NCBI GenBank assembly: GCA_963764625.1
Contig: CAVXTH010000006.1
Coordinates: 288,001 to 352,000 of the forward strand
DNA: 64,000 nt
Direction of reading: 5' to 3'
Source: Candidatus Krumholzibacteriota bacterium
GTDB taxonomy: Bacteria > Krumholzibacteriota > Krumholzibacteriia > JAJRXK01
Shown piece after piece: positions 60,052-64,000 of this stretch. Position numbers and translations under genes: made by a program. The first letter of the stretch is position 1. Each line of letters starts with the position of its first letter. The notes beneath the pieces were generated by a model that saw only the letters and a program-made list of their open reading frames with translations, was not told the origin of the DNA and did not search any database.

Positions 60052-62180
60052 AGGCGGCGAGCGTGCAGGAGCCTTCCCTCGAGCTCACGCTCATCCTCGT
60101 GAGCTTTCACAGCGAGCTGCCTCTCCGAGCCTTCTTCGAGAGCTATCGCCGGCACCCCATCCGCGCCACACACGAGATTCTCGTGGTGGACAACGCCCCC
60201 GGCGACGGCGTGGCGGCGTGGATCGAGAAGGAGATGCCCGAAGTGAGGGTGATCTCCAGCCCCAAGAACGTGGGCTATGCTCGCGGAGTGAACGCGGGGA
60301 TCGAGCAAGCTGGCGGACGTGCCATTCTCGTCATCAACCCGGACGTGGAGCTCTCCGAGGGCGGGGTGGACCGAGCCTTGGCCTACCTCGGCGAACATCC
60401 CGAAGCGGGGATCGTCGGCGCCCGGCTTCTCAATCGCGACGGATCCCTGCAAAACAGTGCGCGGCGCTTCTACACTCTCCAGACCATCCTTCTCCGGCGC
60501 ACTCCCCTCGGACGCCTCAGGCCCGACCACCCCGAACTGAGACGTCATCTCATGCTCGACGACGATCTCGATCACGCCCGGCCCGTGGACTGGGTCATGG
60601 GCGCGTGGATGCTGGTGCGCCGCACGGCCATCGACGTGGTGGGTCTGATGGATGGGCGCTTCTTCTTGTATTTCGAGGACGTCGATTGGTGCTACCGCAT
60701 GTGGGCGAGCGGATTCGAAGTTCATTATTTTCCGCAGGCCAGCTTCGTTCACGCCTACGAACGGAGCAGTGGCGGATTGAATCGAACTCTGCTCTACCAT
60801 TTGCGCTCGTTCGCCAGCTATTACGACAAGTGGGGAGCTCTGATCTACGTCGCGAAGCAGCTGCGACGCGGCTGGGAAAAGCTCAGCGCTTTCGTTCTCG
60901 ATCTGGTGTTCCTGAATCTGGCGTTCTTGGCATCGTACCTGGTGCGCCTGCTTCTCCAACCGGCGCTTCCTCTCCCTCTGTATTCGTTCGCCGAGTATCT
61001 TCCACTGCTCGGTTTCACGAACGTGGTGGCCGCATTCACGCTGCCGCTGGCGGGCCGGTACGTGGTGGCCAGGAACGACCGCACTCTATCGCGCTGGATC
61101 GATAGCGGACGCCTCGCCCTCACCGTGACCCTGCTCGTCATGGCCGGGACCTGGCTGGCGCATACGCGCACCTTCAGCCGCCTCGTCATCGTGCTTCTCT
61201 TTCCTCTGCTGACCGGGGCTCTGCAACTCTCGCGAGTCGCGTTGCATCGTCTCCTCGCAGGAGGGATGAGTGGGGTTCGATTCGCCCGGGCCGCTCTGTT
61301 GGGGGACGTGGGGGAAGTGGAGACGCTTGGAGCCGCACTCGATCGCGAAGCAACCGGAGACCTCATCGTGGCGGGACGCGTGACGCTGGGGGAAGCGGAG
61401 CCGGCGAAGGGTGACGCGATACGCGTGCTGGGGGGAGTCGAACGGCTCGAGGAGATCGTCGAAACTCATCGGCTCAGCGAAATCCTGGTCGTGGAAACGA
61501 CGAACGAGAGGGAACTGGTGATCGCGAAATTACGCGAGGCCGCCGCGGCCGGGGTGGGGGTTTACCTGCTGCCGCCGTGGGCTGAGGTGCTGCGGGGGGT
61601 GGACGGCACGACTGAGCGTCACGGACACTCCTGGTTGTTGCTTCGGCCTCCCCCGATGCTCGCCGGGGGCGCCTGGGGTAAGGCGGCCATGGACCGTCTG
61701 GGAGGCGCCCTGCTCTGCATTTTGTCCCTTCCCGGCTTCGTGTTATGCTCCCTCCTGGGCCGGCCGTTGGGCTTGATCGGACAACGGACCTCGCAACGAC
61801 TTGGTTACCGCCGCCGGATCATCAACTGGTCGGAGCTCGTGAGTACACGTAGTGGCCGGCCGGTCTGGGGTCTGGCGCAGTCAGCTGTCTTTCTCAAGGT
61901 GCTCACCGGGCAGATCAGCCTGGTGGGACCCTCCGCACTTCCTCCAGAGAAGGAAAAGGAGCTCAGCCCAATCCACTTGCTACGGTTCGCCGTCAAGCCC
62001 GGTCTCGCGGGCCTCTGGCAACAAGAGTGCGGCGAGAGGACACTCGAGTCTCTCGTCTCCAGTGATCTCGATTATCTGGAGCAGTGGTCGCTGACCCTCG
62101 ACTTGGATCTCTTCCTTTCGGCACTGCCGAGGATCCTGTTTCGTCGCGACCCCTGGCGCCATCATTCCTCCAGCTCTTGA
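60048..62180 (+). CDS. Fusion of a WbbL-like GT2 with TMs and a degenerate WcaJ-like phosphoglycosyltransferase domain
   Basis: VVDNA, NVGYARGVN, INPD, DG.LQ.S.RRF, VDWVMGA, FF.YFEDVDWC.R; then four TMs and a CoA-binding-like region; K..MD, G.ISLVGP, KPGL.GLWQ, D.DY.EQWSL.LDL. Confidence 0.8.
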   Translation: MKAASVQEPSLELTLILVSFHSELPLRAFFESYRRHPIRATHEILVVDNAPGDGVAAWIEKEMPEVRVISSPKNVGYARGVNAGIEQAGGRAILVINPDVELSEGGVDRALAYLGEHPEAGIVGARLLNRDGSLQNSARRFYTLQTILLRRTPLGRLRPDHPELRRHLMLDDDLDHARPVDWVMGAWMLVRRTAIDVVGLMDGRFFLYFEDVDWCYRMWASGFEVHYFPQASFVHAYERSSGGLNRTLLYHLRSFASYYDKWGALIYVAKQLRRGWEKLSAFVLDLVFLNLAFLASYLVRLLLQPALPLPLYSFAEYLPLLGFTNVVAAFTLPLAGRYVVARNDRTLSRWIDSGRLALTVTLLVMAGTWLAHTRTFSRLVIVLLFPLLTGALQLSRVALHRLLAGGMSGVRFARAALLGDVGEVETLGAALDREATGDLIVAGRVTLGEAEPAKGDAIRVLGGVERLEEIVETHRLSEILVVETTNERELVIAKLREAAAAGVGVYLLPPWAEVLRGVDGTTERHGHSWLLLRPPPMLAGGAWGKAAMDRLGGALLCILSLPGFVLCSLLGRPLGLIGQRTSQRLGYRRRIINWSELVSTRSGRPVWGLAQSAVFLKVLTGQISLVGPSALPPEKEKELSPIHLLRFAVKPGLAGLWQQECGERTLESLVSSDLDYLEQWSLTLDLDLFLSALPRILFRRDPWRHHSSSS

Positions 62181-62192
62181 AAAGTGGATCGC

Positions 62193-64000
62193 ATGAAAAG
62201 CTCCGTCCTCTACACTTTCCTGGCTCTCTCATCGTTGCTCGGTTCTTCTCTCGCCATGGCCGATCTGAGTGATACCGCGCCGTGGACCACCACCTCCCAA
62301 GTGCGCGAGATCAATCGCATGGTGCTGTTCCAGGGAAAGGTGGTCGCGTCCACGCCCCAGGGGGGGCTCCTTCTGCTGGACCCGAGTAGCGGGGGAATCA
62401 CGCGTTTCAATAGCGGAGACGGTCTCAGCTCCGACGCGATCAGCGACATGGCGGTGAGCCAAAGTGGCGAGCTCTGGCTGGCCACGGGAGGTGAGGGGAT
62501 CTCCGCCGCCGGTCTCTGCCGGCTCGATGCGAGCTTCAGGACGCGCGTGGTGGCGCAGGATCTGGCTTCCCTGGAAATCACGGCCGTCGCCGCCGACGGG
62601 AACTTCGTCTACTACGGCACGCGTCTGAGTGGGGCGGGGCGCCTGAGCTCGGGAGTGCCCGAGGCTGTGTACACTTCCGCCGGGCAGGGTCTGGCGGACG
62701 ATCGTGTGCTGTACGTCGCGGCTTCCAAAGGAGAGGCCTGGTTCGCCACCCGCGGCGGTCTGAGTCGCCTCAAGAACGGCATCTTCCAGACCTTCAATGG
62801 TGGACTCGATTTCGAGGTGGTGAGGGACCTGATCGCGGGACCGGTGGGAGTATTCGCCGCGGATCGGGTGGGGGTGAAGAAATTCGATGCTTCCACGGAG
62901 AATTGGGTGGAGTTCGGCAGCGGCCTGAGCGACAGCTTGCGGGCCCTCACGTTCGACGGGGATGCCCTGGTGGGATTGGGTTACACGGGGACGGCCTGGC
63001 GCTTGGACGCGCAGGCCACTCAGTGGCAGAGCCGCGCTCTCGACGTGAACTTGCGTCTTCTGGAATCGCTTTCTCCGGATGGTCTCGGGCACGTCTGGTA
63101 CGGGGGCTATCAGGTGGACTTACAGCGGACACTGCAGGGACCCATCGCGTCTCTGCTCGAACCCGACTCAGGACGCGTTTTTTCGGTCAACGGACTGCTG
63201 GGAGTCAACGTCCAGAACCTGGTTCCCGACCGTCAGGGCGGCGCTTGGGTGAGTTGTTTGGCGCCGTACACCGGGCTGACCCACTGGCGCAAGGATGGGA
63301 GCTTCGTTCACTACGACTACGCGCAATCGGTCGCCGGGCTGGGATGGTGCGGCGATCAGACGAAGTTCGGCCTATGCCTGGATTCCAGCAACGATCTCTG
63401 GGTGAGCAACTTCAGAGATTGTCTCACCCGCTTGCGGCCAGATGCCAACGACGATCCTACCGGCGCGGCGTATCTGAATCTGGCGGTGGAGGACAGCCCG
63501 CTTCGTCTGAGGCGCATCCGTCAGATCGAGGAGGACCCACAGGGCAGAATCTGGCTCTTGAGCGAGGGGAACGCCGCCGACGCGGGACTGGGAATCGATA
63601 TCATCACCGATCGGAGTCGGCCCGAGGATCCCACCGCCTGGAAAGAGCTCTCTCCCGCGAACAGTCTTCTCATGGATGGTTGGGTGATGAGCGTCACCTT
63701 CCAGCCCCCGGGAACGGCCTGGATCTGCATCGACGGCAAGGGGGTCCAACGCTGGGACTACGACGGCCTGCTCAACGACGGCGTCATGCGGGATAGCCAA
63801 TTCAACGCGACGGAGGCTTGGGATCTCATCCCGTATGCGGGTGCCTCGAGCGCCTTTGCGTTCAGCCAACCGCGACAGGTTGCCGTTGCGCAGAACGGTC
63901 TCATCTACATTGCGGCCGCGGATCTCGGGGTGCTGGAAATGAGCTACACCCCGTTCTTGCCTAACGCCTCCGATCGAATCCACATCTCGCGGGTCTTCCG
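62193..64000 (+). CDS. Secreted multi-blade beta-propeller protein (Reg_prop/PorZ-like), truncated by the window end
   Basis: Open frame from ATG 62193 to the window end (absent from the ORF track because it has no stop); signal peptide MKSSVLYTFLALSSLLGSSLAMA; repeats GDGLSSDAISDMAVSQSGELWLAT, GLADDRV..V, NGLLGVNVQNLVPDRQGGAWVS, IEEDPQGRIWL. Confidence 0.78.
   Translation, partial: MKSSVLYTFLALSSLLGSSLAMADLSDTAPWTTTSQVREINRMVLFQGKVVASTPQGGLLLLDPSSGGITRFNSGDGLSSDAISDMAVSQSGELWLATGGEGISAAGLCRLDASFRTRVVAQDLASLEITAVAADGNFVYYGTRLSGAGRLSSGVPEAVYTSAGQGLADDRVLYVAASKGEAWFATRGGLSRLKNGIFQTFNGGLDFEVVRDLIAGPVGVFAADRVGVKKFDASTENWVEFGSGLSDSLRALTFDGDALVGLGYTGTAWRLDAQATQWQSRALDVNLRLLESLSPDGLGHVWYGGYQVDLQRTLQGPIASLLEPDSGRVFSVNGLLGVNVQNLVPDRQGGAWVSCLAPYTGLTHWRKDGSFVHYDYAQSVAGLGWCGDQTKFGLCLDSSNDLWVSNFRDCLTRLRPDANDDPTGAAYLNLAVEDSPLRLRRIRQIEEDPQGRIWLLSEGNAADAGLGIDIITDRSRPEDPTAWKELSPANSLLMDGWVMSVTFQPPGTAWICIDGKGVQRWDYDGLLNDGVMRDSQFNATEAWDLIPYAGASSAFAFSQPRQVAVAQNGLIYIAAADLGVLEMSYTPFLPNASDRIHISRVF

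Overview
High-GC bacterial chromosomal window of mostly core genes, almost all on the + strand. No integrase, transposase, prophage or CRISPR array was seen. Order: end of a cyclophilin; a SpoIVB/S55 peptidase plus a secreted beta-propeller/FN3-like partner; tadA; tRNA-Ser(GGA), tRNA-Ser(CGA), a small Smr gene, tRNA-Ala(CGC) and SRP RNA; dnaX-ybaB-recR-mglB-mglA; an inverted GT-C-like (DUF6077-type) gene; pgpA-cinA-thpR-recA-recX; GT4, PGT, UbiA-type phosphoribosyltransferase and DUF362; ispE-spoVG-prs-rplY-pth-hppA-rpsF-rpsR-rplI; manB-manC; envelope lipoproteins; tonB; selA; a degenerate MinD/BY-kinase-like-TM-SPOR gene; smc-ftsY; ribD-E-BA-H-nusB; then a roughly 14 kb glycosylation cluster (TMEM260/DUF2723, YfhO, DPM1-like, GtrB-like, GT2-pseudo-PGT fusion) ending in a PorZ-like propeller protein cut by the window edge. 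About ten single-base frameshifts, including one in smc, look like long-read assembly indels rather than biology. Gene content suggests a diderm of the FCB-type candidate phyla (inference only). Best leads: a putative TMEM260-like, lipid-sugar-dependent protein glycosylation system; the pseudo-ATPase-SPOR protein before smc; the S55 protease pair; and a GGTGGAAGC motif shared by the recA and DUF2914-DUF151 promoters. All family calls come from motif recognition by eye; no database search was run.
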